64,000 nucleotides of DNA from contig CAWAUV010000005.1 in assembly GCA_963785305.1 (NCBI GenBank), forward strand, positions 480,001-544,000. The letters run 5' to 3'. How positions within the stretch are numbered: the stretch's first letter is position 1; each line of letters starts with the position of its first letter. This DNA is from an uncultured Planctomycetaceae bacterium. Its GTDB lineage: Bacteria > Planctomycetota > Planctomycetia > Pirellulales > PALSA-1355. Positions 23,453-33,627 of the stretch are shown in pieces. Position numbers and translations under genes: made by a program. The notes under the pieces are model-generated. The model ran no database searches, was not told where the DNA came from, and saw nothing but the letters and a program-made list of their open reading frames with translations.

Positions 23453-24355
23453 TCAGGCGGCGGCATTGGAAACAGTGAGCTCCGGCGTCGAGCCGGTTTG
23501 CCGGGCGAACATATCGAGCGTGAGCAGAATTTCGGCTTTGCCGAGCGCGGTGGGGCTCTCGGCGGGTACTTGCAGCGTGCCGAAGCTGAACACGGTGGAA
23601 CTGGCCCCGTTGGTAAAGGCCAAGCTGCCCGGCGCCGGCCAAGGCTTGCGCATAGAGGTTCACATTCTGGGCGGCCCAGGCATGCGTGGTGCGCAGCCGC
23701 ACGATCCGATCGCCCTCGGGCAGGTTCACCACCGTCAGACTGTTCATGAAGCGATCGGTCACGAGCGCGTTGTCGATCACCAGTTCGAATTCTTGCGCTC
23801 GCGCGCCGCGCCGCCGAGGGTGAGCACCGGGTCGCCCGCGAAGATATAGGGGCCGCTTTCGACGCTGGCGATGAGACTGGGAAAACTGCCCGCGGCGGCG
23901 ATCGATTCCGACTGACCGACAATCTCGAGATCGAGCCGCACGAGGCCGCCCTTGGCGCCGCTGAATTTGGCGCGGTTGACCTTGCATCCCGCATAGGTGA
24001 AGACTTCGGCCACGCGGTCGACCGAGAGCGAAAAGCTGGGCAGGGCGCTGGCCAGGGCAAAGGTCGAACCGCTCGCCGGGGCGCCCAAGATGCGGGGCAG
24101 CCAGATCGAAAGATCGGCCGGAGTGGGTTCGAGCGATAGCGAACCGGCGACGAGCGACACGCCGCGCCGCGAGTCGTCGGCCATATGGCTCCGATTGCCG
24201 CGAAGTCCCTGACGCTCGACGATCCGCGCCTTATTGGCGATCGATTCGCCGACAAACACGAAGCGTTCGACAACGCCGCCGCCCGGCGTGACCCCATAGG
24301 TCGTTTCGCTCACGGTGCCCAGTTGGGCTGCCCAACCCATCGATGCCGTCGTCAT
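23453..24355 (-). CDS. Putative phage tail tube protein (frameshifted)
   Basis: AQLGTVSETTYGVTP, GLRGNRS, VAGSLSLEP, LPSFSLSVDR...FTYAGCKVN..KFS: pattern of non-contractile tail tube proteins; last gene of the head-neck module. Confidence 0.7.
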
Positions 24356-24470
24356 GTTCGCGCTCTCCTCGAGTTTTCGACTTGATTCCTCAGGTTTCCT
24401 CATTCGGCGCTCCGAAATCCGGCGCCAAGCCCTCGCCCTGCCCTCTCCCAAAGGGGAACGGAGCCCTTAT

Positions 24471-24500
24471 CAGCCTTTTGAATATTTCAACAGACTGTTA
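24471..24500. repeat. Short MITE-end palindrome overlapping a stop codon
   Basis: CAGCCTTTTGAATATTTCAACAGACTGTTA; TTA 24498-24500 is the minus-strand stop. Confidence 0.65.
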
Positions 24501-25043
24501 CGCCGCTCGCGGCTCGCGGCTCACAAACCGCAGCACGAGCGCCGCGGCGTAAAGATTGTCTTGCCAAGCGGCCACGATGAGCGGCTCCGCCGGCTCGACC
24601 GAGGCGTTGATGATTTCCGGCGCCCCCGCCAGCCTTTGATTCCGAAAAGCTCGGGCGATCATTTCTCGCCGTAGCGACTGCGTATCAAGATTCGCCGCGA
24701 GCGTGGGCTCTTGATTGTCGATGTCGATCACGGTGACGAGCACCGAGTAAACCACGTCGTCGAGGCCCACGACCCCGGCGGTCGGGTTCATGGTTTCGCG
24801 CTCCGGCGTAAGCAGCACGACCGGAAATTGGGTGAACTGCCCGGCGCCCAGGCCGCGGTCGAGCGGCGCCTTGCGGATCACGACGCTATCGCTCGCCACG
24901 CCGGGCAGAGAGAGCGATTGGATCACGGCCTGGGCGGCGAGCAGGCAGCGGTAGCTGACCGACTGCGTGACCGCGCCGTCGCTGAACACGGCGCCGACCG
25001 AGGGTTGCGGCCCCGCCGCGTCGGTGAATGACGAACCGATCAT
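24498..25043 (-). CDS. Putative tail terminator/completion protein
   Basis: 181 aa from MIGSSFTD; FPVVLLTP.RET..., VVYSVLVTVID, LRREMIARAF; position just before tail tube. Confidence 0.5.
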   Translation of the reverse strand: MIGSSFTDAAGPQPSVGAVFSDGAVTQSVSYRCLLAAQAVIQSLSLPGVASDSVVIRKAPLDRGLGAGQFTQFPVVLLTPERETMNPTAGVVGLDDVVYSVLVTVIDIDNQEPTLAANLDTQSLRREMIARAFRNQRLAGAPEIINASVEPAEPLIVAAWQDNLYAAALVLRFVSREPRAA

Positions 25044-27145
25044 GACTCGCTCACGGTGAAAGATTGTGGATTTTCGAACGTGCAGCCGGCGGCCGCTGCC
25101 CAGCGGTAAAAGGCCCCGGGAGCGAGACTGAAAATCACGCGGCCGGTCGAGTCGGTGGCGGCCGGTCCGGCGACGATCGTATCGCCCGCCTCGTCGGTGC
25201 TGACCCACACCTCGGCGTTGCCGAGTGGTTCGCCGTTGGCGAGTTGAATCGTGAGCGGCCAGGCGATCGAACCGGTTCCCCAAAAGACCGGAGCCGGTGT
25301 CACGCGACCGAGCGCGTCGGTGGCGAGCGGATTGGCGGAGTTCTGAAGCACCGCCGCGGCAATCGTTTGCGGCGTGGGCGGCGCGGTATAGGCGCCGGCG
25401 CCGATAAACTCGAACAACCGCTGCCCGATGCCTCCGCCGAGCGACGATGTGGCCGCAGACCAGACCGCGGCCACGAGTCCGCTCAGTGTGTCGAGGTAGC
25501 CAGCTCGCGTGGTCGTAAAACCCTGATTCGAGAGACCCGCTTGCGTGTCCGCGGCGATCGCGGCGTGAGTGGCCTCGGTCAAGGCGACCGGCGGCAGCGC
25601 CGTGAGCCCGGCCCCGGCGACGCCCACCTGCGCCGCGAGCGACTGGAGCGTCGATCGATCGTCGGTGGTGAAATAGGCGGCGACCTCTTGCGTGACCCAC
25701 GATTGGCCGCCGACGATTTGCGTGCCTTCGGCGAGCACGGCCGTGACTTCCCAGATCAACAGCATTTCGTAGTCGCCGCTCTCGATCGTGGCGGTGAATG
25801 TGTATTTGCCGGTCTCGGGATTCGTCACCGCGCTCAAGCGGCTCGCATAGCTGGCGCCGCTGGTGTCGACCACGGTGATGGTGGGCGTTGCCGTGGCGTT
25901 GGTCATGACTCCGGCGCTGTCGCGCAGGTAAATCGCGACCGGATAAGCGATGCTCCCGGCGCTCGGAAGCTGAATCGCGGGTGGGATCGAGAGGCTGATC
26001 GCGGTGTTGTTCTGCAAGGTTTTGACATCGCTTTGGGCCGCGATTTGGCCGCTCAGCGGCAATATCTTCGTCGCGAACAGCCACCCAAAACTGTCACCGA
26101 CGGCGCTAAATGCCGCGACGAGCGAATTCCAAATCGCGCCGGCGATCGCGAATAAAGCCGCCGAATTGGGCGTCGCGACGATGTCCATCTGGTCGCCCGG
26201 CGCGGCGGAAGGGTGTTGGAGCGTGCCGATATCGACCTGGGGGATGCCGGTCAGCGTGCCCACGGTCCAGCTCACGGCGTAAGTCGCGTTTGGCGCGCCA
26301 TCGCCATCGCCCGACGCATAGACCACCGATGCGAGCGGCCAACCCTGGGCAGTAAAGGCGTCGCCGATCTGGCTGCTGGTTGCGCTGCCGGCGATCTCGG
26401 CGGGTAGCCCGTTGCTCGTGCTCTTGAGCAGCCACGCGCCGGCGGTGGCGCTAGTGAGCGTGAGGGTGAACTGCTGAGCGATGGCCGGGGCGCCGTCGGC
26501 GAACGATGTTTGCAGGTTGATGCCGCCCCAGTCGTTGTCGAAGTAGTTGTTTTGCACGGCAAACGGGTTGGCGCCGCCGAATGATTCCCCGACGTTGTCG
26601 TAAAACGTGAAGGCGTCGTCCGCCGGCGAGCCGTTGACGGTCCAAGCCAGGTAATTTTCATCGAGCGTCGCCTGAATGTCGTCTTGCGAATCCGAAGCGT
26701 TGATTGTGAAGGTTGCCCCCGAGGGCGTGTACTGAATTTGCAGCGAGCCGTAGGAATCCGGCGCCCCACCGTTGCCGGGCGTGCCTTGAAAAGTAGCGCT
26801 GGCCAATGTGCCGACAAAGCCGGCCTGCGTCTCGACGAGCGAAACATCGCTCCCGTCGGCGATCGCTGGCCGACCCCACGCATCGACGCGCGGAGGCCAC
26901 GCCACCATCTCCGACGCTAGGACCAGCGAGATTCCGGATTTGAGAAAGTCGACGGCGTATTCGCCATATGCAAGACCGAAATGCGACAGTATCGATCCGT
27001 AGTCGATGACATACACACCGCTGCCGACCGGCGATTCAACGGCCGATAGTCCGTAAGCCAGCAGCGAAGTTCGGCCAGGCGAATAGATGCTCGCGGTGAC
27101 CGTCAGACCGCTTTGTCCGAGGGTTGCTTGGACGGTTGTGCTCAT
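25040..27145 (-). CDS. 701-aa beta-rich putative virion structural/fibre protein
   Basis: Uninterrupted ORF rich in T/S/G/A; Ig/carboxypeptidase-regulatory-like C-terminus (PLGNAEVWVSTD..TDSTGRVIFSLAPG); ATGA overlap with the next gene. Confidence 0.5.
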   Translation of the reverse strand: MSTTVQATLGQSGLTVTASIYSPGRTSLLAYGLSAVESPVGSGVYVIDYGSILSHFGLAYGEYAVDFLKSGISLVLASEMVAWPPRVDAWGRPAIADGSDVSLVETQAGFVGTLASATFQGTPGNGGAPDSYGSLQIQYTPSGATFTINASDSQDDIQATLDENYLAWTVNGSPADDAFTFYDNVGESFGGANPFAVQNNYFDNDWGGINLQTSFADGAPAIAQQFTLTLTSATAGAWLLKSTSNGLPAEIAGSATSSQIGDAFTAQGWPLASVVYASGDGDGAPNATYAVSWTVGTLTGIPQVDIGTLQHPSAAPGDQMDIVATPNSAALFAIAGAIWNSLVAAFSAVGDSFGWLFATKILPLSGQIAAQSDVKTLQNNTAISLSIPPAIQLPSAGSIAYPVAIYLRDSAGVMTNATATPTITVVDTSGASYASRLSAVTNPETGKYTFTATIESGDYEMLLIWEVTAVLAEGTQIVGGQSWVTQEVAAYFTTDDRSTLQSLAAQVGVAGAGLTALPPVALTEATHAAIAADTQAGLSNQGFTTTRAGYLDTLSGLVAAVWSAATSSLGGGIGQRLFEFIGAGAYTAPPTPQTIAAAVLQNSANPLATDALGRVTPAPVFWGTGSIAWPLTIQLANGEPLGNAEVWVSTDEAGDTIVAGPAATDSTGRVIFSLAPGAFYRWAAAAGCTFENPQSFTVSES

Positions 27146-27240
27146 AATTCACCCCAAAAACCATCAAGGTCGGGCCGGGAGGCGCGCGGGTGGCGATTAA
27201 TGCCCCCCGCGGTCGTGCGTGCAATCGAAGCGAGCGAGCC

Positions 27241-27562
27241 TTATCGACGGCGCTCGCGTCCGACGATCCGGTACTGCTGGGTCAATGTGTCGAACGCGAG
27301 CGAAGTCACTGTCCAACCGACGCCATCGCCATCCGTAAACGCATCGCCCGGCGCGGGAACCACGCCGCCCAAGTTGGGCGCGGGGAAATAAAACGGCAAG
27401 TCCGTGGGCTCGAGCCCCATTCGCGCCGAAGGCGGCCGCTCCGGTCGTCTGCTGCTCGCGCAAGACGCCCGCCACGCGGATCGCGGCGCCACCGGTCGGC
27501 TGGTAGACGACGGTCTCGGCGCCATCGAAGATCGCGAAGTCGCCCGAAGGATCGAACATCAT
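27241..27562 (-). CDS. Putative head-closure (head-tail joining) protein (frameshifted)
   Basis: FAIFDGAETVVYQP...PAPGDAFTDGDGVGWTVTSLAFD; size and position typical of gpFII/gp16-like proteins. Confidence 0.55.
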
Positions 27563-27565
27563 GAT

Positions 27566-27781
27566 TCATCCCACTCCGCGAGTTTCGATTTCCCAGGGTC
27601 CGTCGAAGGCCGCGATCGTGGCATTGATCGTCGTGAGCTCGTCCATGAGTCCCTTGCGCATCGCGGTCCAGGCGACGCTTTGGTTTCCTTTGACATAATC
27701 CGGCTTCGAGGCTTCGATCGCGGCCAATTCGACCAGGATCGCGCTTCTTCTGGCCAGCAAATTCTCCAAATCGGTTGGCAT
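27566..27781 (-). CDS. Putative gpW-like head completion protein
   Basis: 71 aa helix-hairpin-helix layout: LENLLARRSAILVEL...KPDYVKGNQSVAW...LMDELTTIN. Confidence 0.55.
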   Translation of the reverse strand: MPTDLENLLARRSAILVELAAIEASKPDYVKGNQSVAWTAMRKGLMDELTTINATIAAFDGPWEIETRGVG

Positions 27782-27966
27782 GAACAGTTCCATCGCGCGA
27801 GAGAACAAAGTGCGTATCACATCGAGATTCGCGGAACCGGCAAACAGCTCGCCGGCGTGGGGAATATCTCCCCGAACGATCCAATGGCCCGATCTCGGTC
27901 GGTCGCCGCGAGCGGATAACTTCCATGTCGCCACCCAGCGCGCGACCGACCGAGCCTTGGTTCTGC

Positions 27967-28123
27967 CTATCGGCCTCTTGAAAAATGCCATCGTGGCATT
28001 TTTCAGCCTCGCCAAGCGCCGAGCAAAGCTCGTCGCGGCTCGCAAAATAACGACCTGGGCCGTTATTTTGACACCGCATCCATGCGGCGGCTCGACCTAT
28101 TGAACATTTCAAGTGGCTGCTAG
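27967..28123. repeat. About 155-bp MITE-like repeat, copy 2
   Basis: Shares GAAAAATGCCATCGTGGCATT...CTCGCCAAGCGCCGAGCAAAG...TTTTGACACCGCATCCATGCGGC with copy 1; terminal CTAG supplies the stop of gene 28120..28524. Confidence 0.85.
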
Positions 28124-28524
28124 GCCGCGGGCGCCAACTCCGCCACGCTGAATTCATGGTTGGTGCGGAGAATGCCGAAGTGCCGGCGATATTTCTCGAT
28201 CGCCTCGGCGCCGCTGGTCGCGCCGACGACTCGCTCCGGATCACTGGCGTGGGCCACGCGGAATCGCGCCGGTCCGGCAACGAGCTCGTCGGCCAAGCGC
28301 TGCTCATTGTCGCGACGCCGCTGTTCCCACCGATCGAGATAATCGCCCTCGGACGCCTGGGCCGACGCGTTGTTCCGCGCCAGCAGTTCCGCGAGCCGGT
28401 GGTTTTGTTCCAGCAAACTCTGGTGCAGCGACTTCAAATGGTCGAGCAATTCTCGCTCGAAGGGACTGCACGAGGCGGCGCCCTCGGTCCGGCTGTCGCT
28501 CGCAATGGATTCTTTCTTGATCAT
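28120..28524 (-). CDS. Hypothetical protein after major capsid gene
   Basis: 134-aa co-oriented ORF with coiled-coil segment and AGGA RBS. Confidence 0.55.
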   Translation of the reverse strand: MIKKESIASDSRTEGAASCSPFERELLDHLKSLHQSLLEQNHRLAELLARNNASAQASEGDYLDRWEQRRRDNEQRLADELVAGPARFRVAHASDPERVVGATSGAEAIEKYRRHFGILRTNHEFSVAELAPAA

Positions 28525-28590
28525 GATCGGTTCCTTGAATTCGTGGGATTTCTTGGGATTGAAGCGAAATATCCGTCCGAATGCGGGCGG

Positions 28591-29847
28591 TCAGTTCGTG
28601 TTGATCACCACGTAGCGCGGATCGCGCACCCCGCAGGCGCCCATCTCGTCGGCAAACATCGAAAACACCAGCCCGCGGTCAGCCATTTCGTATTCGCTGG
28701 CCATGGCCCGCTGAATCGTGAGTGGCAAGCACTGGGTGTAGACGAAGGCGCGTTTGAAGTCGCCGATCCACCAATACTGCTGCGCATTCGCGGCCGCGAT
28801 ATTAAAACCATCGGCGGCCGTGGCGCGGCGCATCGCATAGGGATAGGTGGGCGAACCGATGAGGTTAAACTGGAAATCGCCGAGCGGATTCGCCCCCAGG
28901 CCCACCTCGGCCGTGTCGTTGGTGCGCCGCTCGATCTCGGTGTAGCGCAAGATTCCCCGGGCCGTGAGATAGCCGGCCGGCATCGTGAGAATGTCGCGCG
29001 GTTCGATATCGATCGGCTGGCCGGTCTCCTGGTCGTTCATGCCCGAAAACAGTTGGAGCGCGGCGTTGATCTGGGTCCAGTCGACCAGCGGGTTCGACTG
29101 GCGGTTCACCCAGTTGCCGCTCGTTTGATAGGTGTTGTAGTTGACGCCGTTGTAGTTGTAGGTGTTGTCGAGCCCGAGGAACGTGTCGAGCACGATGTAT
29201 TCCTTGCGCAGGGCCAGCACTTCGGCCGCTCCGCTCGGCTTGGGTGAGCAGTTCGCGCGTGCGGTCGAACATCACCGCCTCGCGGGTCACGTCGACCGCC
29301 ACGGCCCGATTCACATTGAGCGGCGTGGTGACATAGCGCTCGCTGACGATCGATGCGCAGGTGGCGATTGCCCGGTTTGCGTTCCTCGGCCACGTCGCCC
29401 ACGGTCGACACTCCGATGAATTGCTCTTGGATCTTGTCGGTCGGAATCACCTCGGCGAGTTGCTCGGCGATGAAGGTGGGCCGATTGTAGACTTCGAGAA
29501 ACTTGGCTTCGAGCAGGCCGAGCGCCGCGGCGTTGTAGGCCGACACATTGGCGAAAGCGCTCGGCACGATCGACGTGCCCCCGTCTTCCATCACATTCAC
29601 GAAATGCGCGTCCCTGCATCAGCATCTGGCCATCGTCGTGGCCCACGAGTCCTTCGTAGAGCGCTTTGAGGCTGCACTGCTCCGGAGCAAGGGTCTGGCC
29701 TTCGAGCACCGGCTCGAGGGTCTTGAGCGAAATGCGGCGCTTGCCGGTGGCCGGGTCTTCGAGCCCGAGCAATTGGCGAATTTTGTGGGCGAAGCCCTCG
29801 GGGCCCATATCGGCGCACATCCGTCGGACCGCGTTGGAGTTCAACAT
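28591..29847 (-). CDS. Putative major capsid protein (HK97-fold, Mu gpT-like; two frameshifts)
   Basis: Three chained ORFs: SAFANV...FLEVYNRP, AVAVDVTREAVMFDRT.ELL, NPLVDWTQINAALQLF..M.DQETGQPIDIEP..IL, WWIGDFKRAF, GVRDPRYV; follows protease and decoration genes. Confidence 0.75.
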
Positions 29848-29959
29848 GCTATTTCCTCTTTCCAAGAAGCTGTGTTCGAGTAAAAAAATCAGTGTGACGT
29901 GAACTGCCTCGCCTCGCGCGGAGTTTTGCCTCGCCGCGGTCCGCGCCGGCTAGGTTCGA

Positions 29960-30003
29960 GAAGCCGCTTGAGCGACCCGTCGAATATTTCAAGAGGCTGC
30001 TAG
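29960..30003. repeat. Partial MITE end overlapping a stop codon
   Basis: GAATATTTCAAGAGGCTGCTAG matches the ends of copies 1 and 2; CTA 30000-30002 is the minus-strand stop. Confidence 0.6.
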
Positions 30004-30791
30004 GCCGAGCCCTTCATCAAACCCAGTTCGACCAGCGCCGCGCGAATCGCGTTTTGCTGCGTCCACAGATCGGCGAAGTTGTTGTTGATGGTCGCGCTGA
30101 CATCGCCGGCGTTGGTGGCGCCCACGGAGGCCAAGGTTCCGCTGGCGGTCCCGCCGGTGCTGTTGGTGAGCGCGGCCTGCGCGGCGCCCGCGGGCTGCGC
30201 GACCGGGGTCGCGGCGAAAAACGCCAACTTTTGCGAAGCCGAAGTGCCGATAACGCTGCCGACGCTCGAACCGAGCGACACATTGCCACCATCGCCCAGG
30301 GTGAGTCCTTCGCTAAACAGGGCCCCGCGGCCCAAAAGCGACATCGGCGTGACGCGGCTTTCGACATAGACCCGCGCCGAGGTCGCCGCCACTCCGCCCG
30401 AGTCTTGCACGCACACGCCAATCGCCACGGCCGTGTCGGTGGTGTGCTGCACTTGCTGATCGAGCACGGCGCCGTCGGATTCGGAGATTGTCACCAAGTC
30501 GCCCACTTGCCAGACCGTCGACGGGCAGACGATATCGCCGACCCAAAACGGCGTGACATCAATCGAGCCGGCCGCGTCGGTGGCCAATTTGCCTTCCCGC
30601 GCCACGCCGGCGAAGGTGGGCACGAAGGTCGTGGCGTCGGCGGCCTGGTTGCCTTCGGCCGCCAAACTACTGGCCGGCACAATCGACCCGCTTTGTTGAA
30701 ACACGAGATCGCCGATATTGATCGCGATCGCGCCGGCATAGGGATACGGAACATGGTCCAGATCGGGAAACTTGGCGAGGTTGACAGGCAT
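30000..30791 (-). CDS. Putative capsid decoration/cement protein (DUF2190-like N-domain plus extension)
   Basis: AINIGDLV...FAGVAREG...WQVGDLV...AIGVCVQ; lies between protease and capsid genes. Confidence 0.6.
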   Translation of the reverse strand: MPVNLAKFPDLDHVPYPYAGAIAINIGDLVFQQSGSIVPASSLAAEGNQAADATTFVPTFAGVAREGKLATDAAGSIDVTPFWVGDIVCPSTVWQVGDLVTISESDGAVLDQQVQHTTDTAVAIGVCVQDSGGVAATSARVYVESRVTPMSLLGRGALFSEGLTLGDGGNVSLGSSVGSVIGTSASQKLAFFAATPVAQPAGAAQAALTNSTGGTASGTLASVGATNAGDVSATINNNFADLWTQQNAIRAALVELGLMKGSA

Positions 30792-30900
30792 TGCGAGGTC
30801 CTTGTGTTCGAAAGAGCGAAAGTTAAACGGCGATTTTCCAGCGGCGGTCAGCGATACTCAGGCGCTAACCACCTTCGATGGCGCGATCCAGCGCCACCCA

Positions 30901-32085
30901 TCAATGGCCGAGCAGCGCGAGGGCCGCGAGCTTCGGGTCGGCCCAGTTGCTCGCGGCGGAACCCGCGCCGCCCGCCGCGGCGGATTCGAGAGCGAAACTC
31001 GCGCAGCGCGGTTTGCTCGACACGGCTCGCGCGCTTCCCGCTTGGCCCGAAAGCGCGCTTGCCAGCCAACCGTTGATTAGCTCCCGGCGATCTTCGTCAC
31101 GGGTGAGCGAAGCGAGCGCCACGATTCGCGCGGGCTCCGGCTCGAGCCCCACGCCTTCGAGCGTGTCGCGGGCGCGCTGACTCGCCGAGCGTTGAGCCGA
31201 GGGCGCTTCGTGTGATTGCAAGCTGCTTTCGAGCGCCGGCCCGGGCGGCGCCGCGACGCTCTCGGGGCGATCCAGCGACGATTCCGCGGCGCCATGTTCC
31301 GCGATCGCCGGGCGCTCCGTGGTCGAGGGCGTCGTGAGCGCGGCTTCAGCGGCGAGCAGGTCGCTAAATAGGCCGATGGCTTTCTGGCGGCGATGCGCCG
31401 GCCGCTCGTTGCCGATATACGCGTCGAGCAGCCGCCGCGCGAGCATGCTCCAATGTCGCTCGGCGGCGCCCGATTGGCCGCCATCGCTCGCCGCGGCGCC
31501 GGCGCTCTCGGATTCGAAGATGCCGCGGGTCGTGGCCGGCTTGCACACGATGTCGACCGAGCGCACTTGATGGATCGTTTCGTAGACCGCTTGCCCCTCG
31601 TGTTCGACTTCGGTCACTTGCGCGTTGTGGCTGAGACCGAAGCTCTCGGGAAAGCGTTCGGCGGCTTCACAGACTTGCGTGGCGAGCGGATGCGATTTCA
31701 GATACGAAAGATCGCCGTAGAGTCCATCGCCGGCTTGCCGCACCTCGCGCAACACGCCGAACCAATCGCCAAACGACCGTTCGGCGTCGGGCCGCGAGCG
31801 CTCGGGATGGTCGATATTGACGCGGGCGCCTTCGTACAGCGGCATGGCGGAGGCCAGGGTCTCGGCCGGGTAGTTTCCGCCGTTTCGCGAGCGGGCGCCG
31901 ATGATCTTCACATCATGAATCACGCCACGCTCGCGGTCGATCTCGTGGCTGGCGCCGCCGAGCGTGAATTCCAAGATATCGCGCCGCGCGACGCTCGGCG
32001 CCGGTTGCGGCGCGGATGATCGCGCCGGCCGCGGGGCCGCCGGCCGCTGCTTGATCGGCGAGCTGCTCATTGTGCTCATGTCCAA
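30901..32085 (-). CDS. Putative prohead protease/scaffold fusion
   Basis: GVIHDVKIIGARSRNGGNYP..L..AMPLYEGARVNIDH, GLSHNA, VRSVDIVCKPATT; low-complexity scaffold-like C-terminus. Confidence 0.75.
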   Translation of the reverse strand: MDMSTMSSSPIKQRPAAPRPARSSAPQPAPSVARRDILEFTLGGASHEIDRERGVIHDVKIIGARSRNGGNYPAETLASAMPLYEGARVNIDHPERSRPDAERSFGDWFGVLREVRQAGDGLYGDLSYLKSHPLATQVCEAAERFPESFGLSHNAQVTEVEHEGQAVYETIHQVRSVDIVCKPATTRGIFESESAGAAASDGGQSGAAERHWSMLARRLLDAYIGNERPAHRRQKAIGLFSDLLAAEAALTTPSTTERPAIAEHGAAESSLDRPESVAAPPGPALESSLQSHEAPSAQRSASQRARDTLEGVGLEPEPARIVALASLTRDEDRRELINGWLASALSGQAGSARAVSSKPRCASFALESAAAGGAGSAASNWADPKLAALALLGH

Positions 32086-32517
32086 AAATCCTTTCTGCTC
32101 GGCGAACGCGCCGGTCGGGTGAAAAATGCCGTGGTCCCATTACGATCGATCGCTGTCGGCGATTCGGATGCGGCTCCGAATTCGCCGATACGTTTAATTG
32201 ATGGGGGCGTTTTTACCGAAGAAGCGCGGCGCGCTTCAAACAACTTTCCGAGCCACCACGAAGAATTCGTGGGCGCATTGAATCGCGGCCGAGCCTTCAA
32301 AACCCGTTCGGAATGCGCGTGAATTCGCCGCGAAGAGAGCGCGCGGCATTAAAGCGCCCACCAGATCAGGTGAGCCGAGAGCGCGACATAATCGCGCGCG
32401 ATGATCGCGCGATCGTCGTGACGCGAACCGGAAATGAATCTCCGGATTCAAGCGAAAGGCGGAGCCGAGTCATTGGTGTCGGCTAGATTCCGAAGCGGAT
32501 TGCCGTGATCGCCGGCC

Positions 32518-33627
32518 TCAAACCGCTTCGCGCCGCGCATTCTGCTTCGAGCGGTCCCAGTGAGGGCCGCGCAGAATCGTGGGCGCCGCGACACCCAAGC
32601 GACCGACCGGTCCGTCGACTTCGGTTTCCCAAGTATGGGTTTCAATGCTTTCGAGAATCTGATGCGCGACTTCCAAGGCCGCCAGCCCTTGCTCGCCCGG
32701 CACCCGTAGCGATTCGGCGCCGTGGACCGCCGCGATAAAATTGGCCAGCTCGTCGCCGATCGCGTTGCGGGCTTCGATTTCGAGCGACTGCTGCGGCAGG
32801 TGCTCGGTCATCAGATTGTCTTTGTGCCGGTTGCGTTCCTCCGGCGCCATGTGCTCGAAATCCATCGCGCGTTCCAGCACCGCGTCGCTGGGCGTCACCA
32901 CCGTGGCGGCGCGGTTTGCCATGTCGACCGACACGAAATTCCGATCACCCCAGGCTTGCAACTGGCGGCGTGGCACATGGCTGATCCGCGAGGCGCTCAA
33001 GTTGGCGACGCAGCCATTGGCGAATTCGAGCCGCGCCTGGGCCACGTCCTCGTGGCGGCCGAGCACCGCCAGGCCGAGCGCCTCGACCCGGCTCACCGGC
33101 GATTCGACCAGTGACAGCGCGATATCGATATCGTGAATCATCAGATCGAGCACCACGCCCACGTCGACCGATCGGCAAGAGAACGACCCGGCCCGCACCG
33201 ATTCGAGATATCGCGGCGAATCCAAATGCGGCAGCGCCGCTACCAGCGCGGGATTGAATCGCTCGACATGGCCCACTTGCAGAAGCGCCTTGTGGCGACG
33301 CGCCAAGCTCACCAGCTCACGGGCTTCATGCACGGTGGCGGCCAATGGTTTCTCCACCAGCAGGTGCAAGCCGCGGCGAAGAAAGTCGCCGGCGATCGCG
33401 TGGTGCAGCGAGGTGGGCGCGGCGATCACGGCGGCGTCGACTCGATCGAAGAGCTTGGTGTAATCGGCCACGGCCACGGCGCCGCATTCGGCCGCCACCG
33501 CCTCGCGGGCCGCTTCCATCGGATCGGCCACGGCCACCAGAGTCGCTTGGGGCATCGCGGCCAGAAGCCGGGCGTGAATCCGGCCCAAGTGGCCGGCGCC
33601 GATCACTGCGATTCGAAGCGGGTTCAT
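32518..33627 (-). CDS. Gfo/Idh/MocA oxidoreductase (GnnA-like)
   Basis: GAGHLG, LVEKPLA, QVGHVERFNP, DVGVVLDLMIHDID; overlaps the lpxA stop. Confidence 0.9.
   Translation of the reverse strand: MNPLRIAVIGAGHLGRIHARLLAAMPQATLVAVADPMEAAREAVAAECGAVAVADYTKLFDRVDAAVIAAPTSLHHAIAGDFLRRGLHLLVEKPLAATVHEARELVSLARRHKALLQVGHVERFNPALVAALPHLDSPRYLESVRAGSFSCRSVDVGVVLDLMIHDIDIALSLVESPVSRVEALGLAVLGRHEDVAQARLEFANGCVANLSASRISHVPRRQLQAWGDRNFVSVDMANRAATVVTPSDAVLERAMDFEHMAPEERNRHKDNLMTEHLPQQSLEIEARNAIGDELANFIAAVHGAESLRVPGEQGLAALEVAHQILESIETHTWETEVDGPVGRLGVAAPTILRGPHWDRSKQNARREAV

Noticed and set aside
24498..26084. 528-aa ORF as listed
   Set aside because: The N-terminal part is an Arg-rich alternative frame of the 701-aa gene; only 24498..25043 looks genuine
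23453..32085. Contractile injection system, tailocin or encapsulin
   Set aside because: No sheath, baseplate or spike genes; prohead protease, neck and tube genes argue against an encapsulin
32120..32141. Further MITE copy upstream of the head module
   Set aside because: Only TGAAAAATGCC matches; too short to support
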